From the human T2T-CHM13v2.0 reference genome, Homo sapiens, in the NCBI RefSeq assembly GCF_009914755.1, contig NC_060940.1: 64,000 nucleotides of DNA; one strand, 5' to 3'. The notes beneath the pieces were generated by a model. That model made no database searches, was not told where the DNA came from, and was given only the letters and a program-made list of their open reading frames with translations. Below, one piece after another: positions 44,132 to 58,572 of the stretch (position 1 is its first letter; each line of letters begins with the position of its first letter). The position numbers and the translations under genes are program-made.

Positions 44132-45758
44132 GTGCTGATCCGCAGTGGCCGGGTGCCCATTGTGTCCTTGGAGTGTGTGTCCTGCAAGGCACAGGCCGTG
44201 TACGAAGTGAGCCGCAGCTCCTACGTGTACCTGGAGGGCCGCTGCCTCAATTGCAGCAGCGGCTCCAAGCGAGGGGTGAGTGTTGAGCGGGGTGTGGGCG
44301 GGTTGGGGATGGGTCCCATGGCCGAGGGGACGGGGCCTGCAGGCAGAAGTGGGGCTGACAGGGCAGAGGGTTGCGCCCCCTCACCATCCCTTCTGCCTGC
44401 AGCGGTGGGCTGCACGTACGTTCAGCAACAAGACGCTGGTGCTGGATGAGACCACCACATCCACGGGCAGCGCAGGCATGTGACTGGTGCTGCGGCGGGG
44501 CGTGCTGCGGGACGGCGAGGGATACACCTTCACGCTGACGGTGCTGGGCCGCTCTGGCGAGGAGGAGGGCTGCGCCTCCATCCCCCTGTCCCCCAACCGC
44601 CCGCCGCTGGGGGGCTCTTGCCGCCTCTTCCCACTGGGCGCTGTGCACGCTCTCACCACCAAGGTGCACTTCGAATGCATGGGTGAGTGCAGGCCTGCGT
44701 AGGGGGAGCAGCGGGATCCCCCGACTCTGTGAGGTCACGGAGCCCTCCCGTGATGCCGTGGGGACCGTCCCTCAGGCTGGCATGACGCGGAGGATGCTGG
44801 CGCCCCGCTGGTGTACGCCCTGCTGCTGCAGCGCTGTCGCCAGGGCCACTGCGAGGAGTTCTGTGTCTACAAGGGCAGCCTCTCCGGCTACGGAGCCGTG
44901 CTGCCCCCGGGTTTCAGGCCACACTTCGAGGTGGGCCTGGCCGTGGTGGTGCAGGACCAGCTGGGAGCCGCTGTGGTCGCCCTCAACAGGTGAGCCAGGC
45001 CGTGGGAGGGCGCCCCCGAGACTGCCACCTGCTCACCACCCCCCTCTGCTCGTAGGTCTCTGGCCATCACCCTCCCAGAGCCCAACGGCAGCGCAATGGG
45101 GCTCACAGTCTGGCTGCACGGGCTCACCGCTAGTGTGCTCCCGGGGCTGCTGCGGCAGGCCGATCCCCAGCACGTCATCGAGTACTCGCTGGCCCTGGTC
45201 ACTGTGCTGAACGAGGTGAGTGCAGCCTGGGAGGGGACCTCACATCTGCTGCATGCGTGCTGGGGACCAAGACCTGTTCCCCTGCCTGGAGCTTTGCGGA
45301 GGGCTCATCCCGGGCCCCAGAGATAAATCCCAGTGACCCTGAAGCAGCACCCCGACGTTCCGCTCCCAGCAGCCACACCCACCGGGCCCTCTCCGGCGTC
45401 TGCTTTCCACAATGCAGCCCCCGCCCAGGAGGGCCCATGTGCTTACCCTGTTTTGCCCATGAAGAAACAGCTCAGTGTTGCGGGTCAGTGCCCACATCAC
45501 ACAGCATCTAGCACGTAACTGCACCCCGGGAGTCGTGGGCATCTGCTGGCCTCCTGCCGGCCTCCTGCCCTGCTGACAGCTTGCTGTGCCCCCTGCCTGC
45601 CCCAGTACGAGCGGGCCCTGGACGTGGCGGCAGAGCCCAAGCACGAGCGGCAGCGCCGAGCCCAGATACGCAAGAACATCACGGAGACTCTGGTGTCCCT
45701 GAGGGTCCACACTGTGGATGACATCCAGCAGATCGCTGCTGCGCTGGCCCAGTGCATG
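44132..45758 (+). pseudogene. PKD1P3: PKD1P exons 17 (44132-44275), 18 (44403-44682), 19 (44776-44989), 20 (45056-45215), 21 (45606-45758): REJ region
   Basis: 144/280/214/160/153 nt; exon 18 has ATG-TGA (TGA at 44481) for PKD1 M-R. Confidence 0.92.
44336..44402 (+). ncRNA. MIR6511A: miR-6511a precursor (tailed mirtron ending at the intron-17 acceptor)
   Basis: 5p CAGGCAGAAGTGGGGCTGACAGG; 3p CCTCACCATCCCTTCTGCCTGC; ends on the AG. Confidence 0.85.
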
Positions 45759-46021
45759 GTAGGATGGCCCCACATGCTCTCCCCGCCCCGCATGCCTGCC
45801 AGGGTACTGGGTTCAGCCCCCCAGGGCAGACGGGCAGCTTGGCCGAGGAGCTGAGCCTCCAGCCTGGGCTCCTTCCTGCCATGGCGTTCCTCGGTCTCTG
45901 ACCTGCTTCAGTAGCCTCAGCCATTCTGCTGTCCTGTGTGAACGCAGGGTGCCTCTCGGGGGACCCAGGGTGTAAAGAGGGGCCCAGATGTGGGGAGGGA
46001 CTAAGAAGATGCTGCTCTGTG

Positions 46022-49000
46022 CCCTCCACTCTCCCCTCCCCTCCCCCTTCCCTCCCCTAGCCCCTCCCCTCCCCTTCCCTCCCCTAACCCCTCCCCTCCC
46101 CCTTCCCTCCCCTAGTCCCTCCCCCCTCCCCTAGCCCCTGCCTCCTCCCCCAGCCCCTCCCCTCCCCTAGCCCTTCCCCTCCTCCCCTCCCCTAGACCTT
46201 CCCCTCACCTCATCCCGCTGAGCCCCTCCACTCCTCCCCCAGCCCCTCCATCCCCTCACCCCTCCCCTCCTCCTTCCTCCCCTCCTCCCCCTCCCCTGCC
46301 TCCCCTCCTGCCCCTCCCCTTCCTCCCCTCCTCCCCCTCCCATCCTCCCCACTCCCCTTCCTCCCCCTCCCCTGCTCCCCCTTCCTCCCCTCTCCTCCCC
46401 CCTCCCCTCCCCCCTCCTCCTCTCTCCCTCCTCCCCTCCTCCCTCCTCCCCTCCTCCCCTCCTCCCCCTCCTCTCCTCCCCTCCTCCCCTCCTCCCCCTC
46501 CTCTCCTCCCCCTCCTCTCCTCCTCTCTCCTCCCCTCCTCTCCTCCTCTCTCCTCCCTTCCTCCCATCCCTCCTCCCTGTTCCCCTTCTCTCCCCTCCCC
46601 TTCCCTTTCTCCCTCCTCCCCCTGTTCTCCTCTCCTCCTCTCCTCCCCTTCTCCTCTCCTCTCCTCCCTCCCATTCTCTCCTCCCTCCCCTTCTCCCCTT
46701 TCTTCCCTCCTTCCCTCCTCTTTTCCCTCCTCTCCCCCATCCTCCCCTCCTTCCTCCTCCTCTCCTCCCCTCCTCCCACCCCCTCCTCTCCTCCCCTCCT
46801 CCCATCCCCCTCCTCCCCTCCTCCCCCCTCCCATCTCCCTCCTCCCCCCTCCCTCCTCCCCATCCCCCTCCTCCCATCCCCCCTCCTCCCCTCCTTCCCT
46901 CCCCCCTCTTCCCCTCCTCCCTCCTCCCATTCCCCTTCCTCTCCTCCCCTTCTCTCCCCTCCCCTTCTCTCCCCTCCTCTCCTCTCCCCTCCTTTCCTCC
47001 CCACTCCTCTCCTCCCCTCATCGTCCTCCTCTCCTCCCCTCATCCCCCTCCTCTCTCCTCCCGTCCTCGTCCTCTCCTTCCCTCCTCCTCTCCTCCCCTC
47101 CCCCTCCTTCCCCCTCCTCTCCTCTCCTCCCCATCCCCCTTCCCCTTCTCCTCCTTCTCTCCCCGCCCCCTTCCCTTTTTCCCTCCTCCTCCCTCCCTTC
47201 CTCCTCTCCTCTCCTCCTCCCCTCTCCTCCCCCCTCATCTCCTCCCCCCTCATCTCCTCCCCTTCTCCTCTCCTCCCCTTCTGTCCTCTCCTCCCCTTTT
47301 TCCCTTCTCTCTTCCTCTCCTCCCCTTTTCCCCTCCTGTCCTCCCTCCCCTTCTCTCCTCCTGTCCTCCCTCCCCTTCTCCCCTTCTCCCCTCCTCCCCT
47401 CCCTCCCTTTCTCGCCTTCTTTTCTCCGTTCCCTTCTCCCCTGTTCTCCTCCCTTCCCTTCTCCCCTGTTCTCTTCCCTTCCCTTCTCCCCTCTTTTCCT
47501 CCCTCCTCCTTTCCTCCCCTCTTCCTTTTCTCTTTCTCTTCCTTTCCCCTCCACTTTCCCCTTCCTTTCCCCTCCCCTTTCTCCTTCCTTTCCCCTTCCT
47601 TTCCTCTCCCTTCTTCTTCCTTTTCCTCTCTCCTCTTCTTTCTTCTCTTCCCCTCCCCTCCTCTTCCCCTCCCCTCCTCTTTTCCTCCCCTTTTCCCCTC
47701 TCCTCCTCTTCCCTCCCCTTCCCCTCCCCTCCCCTCCTCTTCCCTCCCCTTCCCCTCCCCTCCTCTTCACTCCCCTTCCCCTCCCCTCCTCTTCCCTCCC
47801 CTTCCCCTCCCCTCCTCTCCTCTCTTCCCCTCCCCTCCTCTTCCCCCCCCTTCCCCTCCCCTTCTCTTCCCCTCCCCTTGTCTTCCCCTCCCCTTCTCTT
47901 CTCCTCCCCTTCTCTTCCCCTCCCCTTCTCTTCCCCTCCCGTCTTCCCCTCCCCTCCTCTTCCCTCCCCTCTTCCCCTCTCCTCCTCTTTCCCTCCCCTC
48001 CTCTTCCCCTCCCCTCCTCTTCCTTCCCCTCTTCCTCTCCCCACCTCTTCCCTCCCCTCTTCCTCTCCCCACCTCTTCCCTCCCCTCTTCCTCTCCCCAA
48101 CTCTTCCCTCTCCTCTTCCTCTCCCCACCTCTTACCTCCCTTCTTCCTCTCCCCTCCTCCTCTCCCCTCCTCTTTCCCTCCCCTCCTCCCCTCCCCTCCT
48201 CTTTCCCTCCCCTCCTCCCCTCCCCTACTCTTTCCCTCCCCTCCTCCCCTCCCCTCCTCTTCTCCTCCCCTCCTCTTCCCTCTCCTCTTCCCCTCCCCTC
48301 CTCTTCCCCTCCCCTCCTCTGCCCCTCCCCTCCTCTTCCCTCCCCTCCTCTTCCCCTCCCCTCCTCTTCCCTCCCTTCCTCTTCCCTCCCCTCTTCCCCT
48401 CTCCTTCTCTTCCCTCCCCTCTTCCCCTTTCCTCTTCCCCTCCCCTCCTCATCCCTCCCCTCTTTCCCCTCTTCCCCTCCCCTCCTCCTCCCTCTCCTTT
48501 CTCCCCTTTCTCTCCCCTCCCCTCTCCCCCTTTCTCTCCCCTCCCCTCTCTCCCCCTTCTCTCCCCTCCCCTCTCTCCCCCTTCTCTCCCCTCCCCTCTC
48601 CCTCTTCTATCCCCTCCCCTCTCTCCCCCTTCTCTCCCCTCCTCTCTCCCCCTTCTCTCTGCCTTCTCTCCCTTCCCCTCTCCCCCCTTCTCTCCCCTCC
48701 CCCCTCTCTCCCCTCCCCCCTTCTCTCCCCTCTCCTCTCCCCTCCCCTTTCCCCCTTCTCTCCCCCCTTCTCTCCGTTCCCCTCTCCCCTCCCCCCTCCC
48801 CTCTCCCCTTCTCTCCCCCTTCTCTCCCCTCCCCTCTCCCCTCCCCCTTCTCTCCCCTCCCCTCTCCCCCCTTATCTCCCCTCCCCCTCCCCTCTCCCCT
48901 CCCCCTTCTCTCCCCTCTCCCCTCTCCCCTCCCCCTTCTCTCCCCTCCCCCCTTCTCTCCCCTCCCCTCTCCTCTCCCCCTTCTCTCCCCTCCCCTCTCC

Positions 49001-49213
49001 TCTCCCCCTTCTCTCCTCTCCCCTCTCCTCTCCCCCCTTCTCTCCCCTCCCCTCTCCTCTCCCCCTTCCCTCTCCTCTCCCCCTTCCCTCTCCTCTCCCC
49101 CTTCCCTCTCCTCTCCCCCTTCTCTCCCCTTCCCTCTCCTCTCCCCTTCCCTCTCCTCTCCCCCCTTTTCTCCACTCCCCTCTCCTCTCTCCCCTCTCCC
49201 CTCCTCCTCCTCT
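46022..49213. repeat. ~3.2 kb polypyrimidine/polypurine tract of PKD1 intron 21
   Basis: Nearly all C/T on the + strand; CCCCT, CCT and CCCCTCT units. Confidence 0.97.
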
Positions 49214-49449
49214 CATGTGAAGAGGTGCCTTGTGTGGTCGGTGGGCTGCATCACGTGGTCCCCAAGTGGAGGCCGTGGGTCATGCAGAGCCACAGAAAAT
49301 GCTTAGTGAGGAGACTGGGGGGGTCCAGTCAAGTGGGCTCTCCAGCTGCAGGGCTGGAGGTGGGAGCCAGGTGAGGACCCGTGTAGAGAGGAGGGCGTGT
49401 GCAAGGAGTGGGGCCAGGAGCGGGGCTGGACACTGCTGGCTCCACACAG

Positions 49450-50938
49450 GGGCCCAGCAGGGAGCTCGTATGCCGCTCGTGCCTGAAGCAGACGCTGCAC
49501 AAGCTGGAGGCCATGATGCGCATCCTGCAGGCAGAGACCACCGCGGGCACCGTGACGCCCACCGCCATCGGAGACAGCATCCTCAACATCACAGGTGCCG
49601 CGGCCCGTGCCCCACGCCACCCGCCCGCCCCACGTGGCCCGTCCGCCCCATGCCGCCCTTTCCTCTGCCTCCCTCCTCCCCACAACCGCCTCGCCTTTGC
49701 CCCATCCCATCTTCGTCCCCCTCCCCTCCCCCCAATTCCCATCCTCATCCCCCTCCCCCAATTCCCATCCTCATCCCGCTCCCCCAATTCCCATCCTCAT
49801 CCCGCTCCCCCAATTCCCATCCTTATCCCCCTCCCCCAATTCCCATCCTTATCCCCCTCCCCCAATTCCCATTCTCCTCCCCCTCCCCCTTCCCTATTAC
49901 CATCCCTTTTCTCCATCTCTCTCCCCTTTTCTCCATTTCCCCCCCGATCCTCCCCGTCCTTTTGTCCATTCCCCTCATCTTTCTTATCCCCCTTATCCTC
50001 CTTCCCCTCCCTTATCCCCCTTCCCCTCCCTTCCCCCTGCTCCTCTTCTTCTCCCCTTTCTCTTTTCTCTACCCTTTTCCTTCCTTTTTCCTCCCTCTCC
50101 CCATCATCCCCCTCATCTTCGTCCTCATCCCCATCCCCTTCCCCCTCCCCCTCCACCACTCTCTCTCCAGCTTCCCCCTTCCTTCTGCCTGCACCTCGCT
50201 CTCTGCCCCCTCAGGTTCCCCCTTTCTCCCAGTCCCCACCCTCCGGCTCCCCCTTTTTGCCTGCCCCCACCCTCCCTCTGCCTCCCTGTCTCTGCACTGA
50301 CCTCACGCCTGTCTGCAGGAGACCTCATCCACCTGGCCAGCTCAGACGTGCGGGCACCACAGCGCTCAGAGCTGGGAGCCGAGTCACCATCGCGGATGGT
50401 GGCGTCCCAGGCCTACAACCTGACCTCTGCCCTCACGCCCATCCTCACGCGCTCCCGCGTGCTCAACGAGGAGCCCCTGACGCTGGCGGGTGAGGAGATC
50501 GTGGCCCAGGGCAAGCGCTCGGACCCGCGGAGCCTGCTGTGCTATGGCGGCGCCCCAGGGCCTGGCTGCCACTTCTCCATCCCCTAGGCTTTCAGCAGGG
50601 CCCCGGCCAACCTCAGTGACGTGGTGCAGCTCATCTTTCTGGTGGACTCCAATCCCTTTCCCTTTGGCTATATCAGCAACTACACCGTCTCCACCAAGGT
50701 GGCCTCGATGGCGTTCCAGACACAGGCCGGCGCCCAGATCCCCATCGAGCGGCTGGCCTCAGAGCGCGCCTCACCGTGAAGGTGCCCAACAACTCGGACT
50801 GGGCTGCCCGGGGCCACCGCAGCTCCGCCAACTCCGTTGTGGTCCAGCCCCAGGCCTCCGTCGGTGCTGTGGTCACCCTGGACAGCAGCAACCCTGCGGC
50901 CGTGCTGCATCTGCAGCTCAACTATACGCTGCTGGACG
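49450..50938 (+). pseudogene. PKD1P3: PKD1P exons 22 (49450-49594) and 23 (50319-50938)
   Basis: 145 nt and 620 nt (PKD1 ex23 is 630: 1-bp and 9-bp deletions); TAG at 50585. Confidence 0.9.
49655..50300. repeat. Second pyrimidine tract (intron 22) with a ~22-bp 'ccccaattcccatcctcatccc' minisatellite
   Basis: C/T-rich; about six repeats at 49731-49872. Confidence 0.9.
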
Positions 50939-51886
50939 GTGCATGCAGCGGTTGGGGCACACGCGGCCCCCTGGCCTTGTTCTTGGGGGAAGGCGTTTCT
51001 CGTAGGGCTTCCATGGGTGTCTCTGGTGAAATTTGCTTTCTGTTTCATGGGCTGCTGGGGGCCTGGCCGGAGAGGAGCTGGGGGCCACGGAGAAGCAGGT
51101 GCCAGCTCTGGTGCAGAGGCTCCTATGGCCTTTCAGGCCCATGGCAGAGGGTGGGCTCAGGAGGGCCATCGTGGGTGTCCCCCGGGTGGTTGAGCTTCCC
51201 GGCAGGCGTGTGACCTGCGCGTTCTGCCCCAGGCCGCTACCTGTCTGAGGAACCCGAGCCCTACCTGGCAGTCTACCTGCACTCGGAGCCCCGGCCCAAT
51301 GAGCGCAACTGCTCGGCTAGCAGGAGGATCCGCCCAGAGTCCCTCCAGGGTGCCGACCACCGGCCCTACACCTTCTTCATTTCCCCGGGGTGAGCTCTGC
51401 GGGCCGGCCTGGCAGGGCAGGGCAGGGCATCATGGGTCAGCATTGCCCGGGTTACGGGCCCCGTGGGGACGGCAGGCAGCGAGGGGACTGGACCGGGTAT
51501 GGGCTCTGGGACTTCGACATCCAACCTGGCGGAGCCTGGGCTCACGTCCACTGCCCCTTCCCTTCCCAGGACCAGAGACCCAGTGGGGAGTTACCGTCTG
51601 AACCTCTCCAGTCACTTCCGCTGGTCGGCGCTGGAGGTGTCCGTGGGCTTGTACACGTCCCTGTGCCAGTACTTCAGCGAGGAGGACGTGGTGTGGCGGA
51701 CAGAGGGGCTGCTGCCCCTGGAGGAGACCTCGCCCCGCCAGGCCGTCTGCCTCACCCGCCACCTCACCGCCTTCGGCACCAGCCTCTTCGTGCCCCCAAG
51801 CCATATCCGCTTTGTGTTTCCTGTGAGTGACCCTGTGCTCCTGGGAGCCTCTGCAGAGTCGAGGAGGGCCTGGGTGGGCTCGGCTC

Positions 51887-51946
51887 TATCCTGAGAAGGC
51901 ACAGCTTGCACGTGACCTCCTGGGCCTGGCGGCTGTGTCTTCACAG
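51887..51946 (+). ncRNA. MIR6770: miR-6770 precursor (tailed mirtron ending at the intron-25 acceptor)
   Basis: 5p TGAGAAGGCACAGCTTGCACGTGA; 3p CTGGCGGCTGTGTCTTCACAG. Confidence 0.85.
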
Positions 51947-52559
51947 GAGCCAACAGCGGATGTAAACTACATCGTCATGCTGACATGTGCTGTGTGCCTG
52001 GTGACCTACATGGTCATGGCCGCCATCCTGCACAAGCTGGACCAGTTGGATGCCAGCCGGGGCCGCGCCATCCCCTTCTGTGGGCAGCGGGGCCGCTTCA
52101 AGTACGAGATCCTCGTCAAGACAGGCTGGGGCCGGGGCTCAGGTGAGGGGCGCGGCGGGGTGGCAGGGCCTCCCCTGCTCTCACTGGCTGTGCTGGTTGC
52201 ACCCTCTGGGAATGAGTCTCGTCGCAGGCGTCAGAACAAGGCAGTTTTTGCAGTACTGTGTGAAGGGCTCGTGTGTTCATCCTGGGAATGACCTCGTGAG
52301 CACTCACTGTCCCTGAGGACTAGGACAGCTCCTAGCTGGAAGTAGGTGCCAGTCAGTCAGGGTGGGCAGCCCACGTTCTGCACAGTAGCGTGGCCCCACA
52401 AGTGACATGAGCATCGCTACCACTGTGGGAGACCATGCATCCACCCGCGATCCTGACTGCATAGCTCGTCTCTCAGGCGGAGGTGCCAGCACCCTCCCCG
52501 TGGCTGTTTCTTCAATACCTCCATTTTCCTTTATTGGAATTGCCCTTCTGGCATTCCCT

Positions 52560-52836
52560 TTTTGTTTTCGTTTTTCTTTTTTTGGAGACGGAGTCTCGCT
52601 CTGTTGCCCAGGCTGGAGTGCAATGGCGTGATCTTGGCTCACAGCAACTTCCAGCTCCTGGGTTTAAGCGATTCCCCTTAAGCGATTCTCCTGAGTAGCT
52701 GGGAGTACAGGTGCACACCACCACACCCAGTTAATTTTTCACCATGTCAGCCAGGCGAACTCCTGACCTCAGGTGATCCGCCTGCCTCGGCCTGCCAGAG
52801 TGCTGGGATGACAGGTGTGAGCCACCACACCTGGCC
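52560..52836 (-). mobile_element. Alu (internally deleted)
   Basis: Antisense Alu in intron 26. Confidence 0.85.
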
Positions 52837-52918
52837 GTGTTCCCATTTTTTATTTCCATGCTGCTTTCATCTTCATTTCCCAGTTCTTTCTTTTGATTAC
52901 CTACTTTTAAAAACTGTC

Positions 52919-53313
<395 letters not shown>

Positions 53314-54924
53314 TCACCGGTTGTGGCGTGACTGAGGCGTGGACAGGTGTGCAGTGCGGGTCACTGGTTGTGGTGTGGACTGAGGCGTGTGCAGCCATGT
53401 TTGCATGTCACAAGTTACAGTTCTTTCCATGTAACTTAATCATGTCCTTGAGGTCCTGCTGTTTATTGGACAAATTGCAGTAACCGCAGCTCCTCGTGTA
53501 TAGCAGAGCTGTGCAAAGCCGGGACTGCCTGTGTGGCTCCTTGAGTGCGCGGAGGCCAAAGCTGAGATGACTTGCCTGGGATGCCACACGTGTTGGGCAG
53601 CAGACCGAGCCTCCCACCCCTCCCTCTTGCCCTCCAGGTACCACGGCCCACGTGGGCATCATGCTGTATGGGGTGGACAGCCGGAGCGGCCACCGGCACC
53701 TGGACGGCGACAGAGCCTTCCACCGCAACAGTCTGGACATCTTCCAGATCGCCACCCCGCACAGCCTGGGTAGCGTGTGGAAGATCCGAGTGTGGCACGA
53801 CAACAAAGGTCTGTATGGACCCTGCCAAGCTCTGCCCCTCTGCCCCTGCATTGGGGCGCCCTGCGAACCTGACCTCCCTCCCGCGCCTCTGCAGGGCTCA
53901 GCCCTGCCCGGTTCCTGCAGCACATCATCGTCAGGGACCTGCAGACGGCACGCAGCACCTTCTTCCTGGTCAATGACTGGCTTTCGGTGGAGACGGAGGC
54001 CAACGGGGGCCTGGTGGAGAAGGAGGTGCTGGCCGCGAGTAAGGCCTCGTTCCGTGTTCCCACTCCGTGGGAGGTTGGGCAGGGTGGTCCTGCCCCGTGG
54101 CCTCCTGCAGTGCGGCCCTCCCTGCCTTCTAGGTCACGCAGCCCTGTTGCGCTTCCGGCGCCTGCTGGTGGCTGAGCTGCAGCGTGGCTTCTTTGACAAG
54201 CACATCTGGCTCTCCATATGGGACCGGCCGCCTCGTAGCTATTTCACTCACATCCAGAGGGCCACCTGCTGCGTTCTCCTCATCTGTCTCTTCCTGGGCG
54301 CCAACGCCGTGTGGTACGGGGCTGTTGGAGACTCTGCCTACAGGTGGGTGCCGTAGGGGTCGGGACAGCCTCTTCCTGCCCAGCCCTTCCTGCCCCTCAG
54401 CCTCACCTGTGTGGCCTCCTCTCCTCCACACAGCACGGGGCGTGTGTCCAGGCTGAACCCGCTGAGCGTCGACACAGTCGCTGTTGGCCTGGTGTCCAGC
54501 GTGGTTGTCTATCCCGTCTACCTGGCCATCCTCTTTCTCTTCCGGATGTCCCGGAGCAAGGTGGGCTGGGGCTGGGGACCCGGGAGTACTGGGAATGGAG
54601 CCTGGGCCTCGGCACCATGCCCAGGGCCGCCACTTTCCAGTGCTGCAGCCAGAGGGAAAGGCGTCCACCAAAGGCTGCTCGGGAAGGGTCAACACACTTG
54701 AGCAGCCTTAGCTAGACTGACCAGGGAGAAAGAGAGAAGACTCAGAAGCCAGAATCGTGAAAGAACGAGGGCACTTCGCTAAGCAGACGCCACGGACAAC
54801 TGCACAGCAGCACGCCAGATAACTCAGAAGAAGCAAGCACGCGGCTGTGCACGCTTCCGAAATGCACTCCAGAAGAAAATCTCAGTACATCTATAGCAAG
54901 TGAAGAGGCCGAGTTAGTCCCTTA

Positions 54925-55993
<1,069 letters not shown>

Positions 55994-56226
55994 ATGAAAT
56001 TTAAAACTCTGTTCCTTAGCTGCACCAGTCTGCTGTCAAGTGTTCAGTGGCACATGTCGCGAGGGGCTGCCATCACGGACGGTGCAGATGTCCCATATAT
56101 CTAGCATTCTAGAACATTCTGTCAGATGGCACCGGGCTCTGTCCTGTCTGCTGAGGAGGTGGCTTCTCATCCCTGTCCTGAGCAGGTCTGAGCTGCTGCC
56201 CGCTGACCACTGCCCTTGTCCTGCAG

Positions 56227-57519
<1,293 letters not shown>

Positions 57520-58509
57520 CCTGTTTTGTTTTTGTTTTGCTTGTTTCTTAGGGTTGTTTTTCTATTTATGGTAAAGGCATTGGCTTTCCATTTGTAGCAT
57601 CAATAGAATATTTCCTGTTTACAATAACCTTATGTCATAGTAAATGGTAAAGGGATTTAAAGCAGTGGTTTTCAGCTGCCAGAGGCCTGAGTTTGGGCAC
57701 ACTCTGTGTGATCGGGCAGAAGGCCTGTGGGAAGTTTAGCTGAGGACAGGGCCAGGAAAGGTGATGGACAGTGGGGGTCTGTCCTGGTCACCAGGCCCCT
57801 GGGTCCTGCCCACCTGCTTGGAGCTCCCCACCCATCACACATGATGCTGCCAAGCCCTCTGGGTATTGTGGGCAAATACCTTAGGAGAGAAGCTGATGAG
57901 CTTTGTTTCTTGAAATGCACAGATTCCTTGGACATCCCTGAGAGGCCAGTCATGAAAGTCAGCTTGGTTTTCTCCCCCTCATTTGGGTTCAGAATTTAAA
58001 GTCCACACACACGGGCAGTAAGATAATATAGATAAGGACATCATCACTCGGTTTCGGATGTTAAAATGTCTAGGTGGGTTAGGGGTGATTTGAGATCACG
58101 CAACCTTGTGCCACAAAGAGGAATTCCCAGGCCAGAGGGAGACATTTTATTGCCATGTTATGATCTCATCATTGAGTTGAAAGGCAATCTTGTTTCATTT
58201 TGGATTCTTTCTTATGTTTATGTCTTATAAGGGCACTTTGAATTTCCAAGCAAATAATAATTTTGAATTAGCTTTTAATCATTGACTTCTAGCACAGTTT
58301 TATGATCAGAAACATGCTGTGTGATTTGATTGCTCTCAAATATATTGAGATTTGCTGGAACAAAATAAGTCAGGTTAATTTTTGTAAATGTACCATGCAT
58401 GCTTAAAATGAATGTATGTACATTTGTTCCTGAGATACAGGTTGATGGACGGATGGCTACATGGATGTGATGGAGATGGTTTACTATCGGGACCTTCCGC
58501 ATCCTGCTG

Positions 58510-58572
58510 ATGTTTTGTTGCTTAGGATATGAATGGCTGAGCGGAGGCTGTAAAACCTGGCACTCTGCTTGG
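58510..58572 (+). CDS. NPIPA1: NPIPA first coding exon
   Basis: ATG...[21 protein letters not shown] then gtatga donor; matches the recalled NPIPA1 N-terminus. Confidence 0.85.

Noticed and set aside
46167-49374. Long G/E/R-rich minus-strand ORFs and a 498-aa P/S/L-rich plus-strand ORF
   Set aside because: Artefacts of the pyrimidine tract, whose composition rarely produces stop codons; low complexity and intronic
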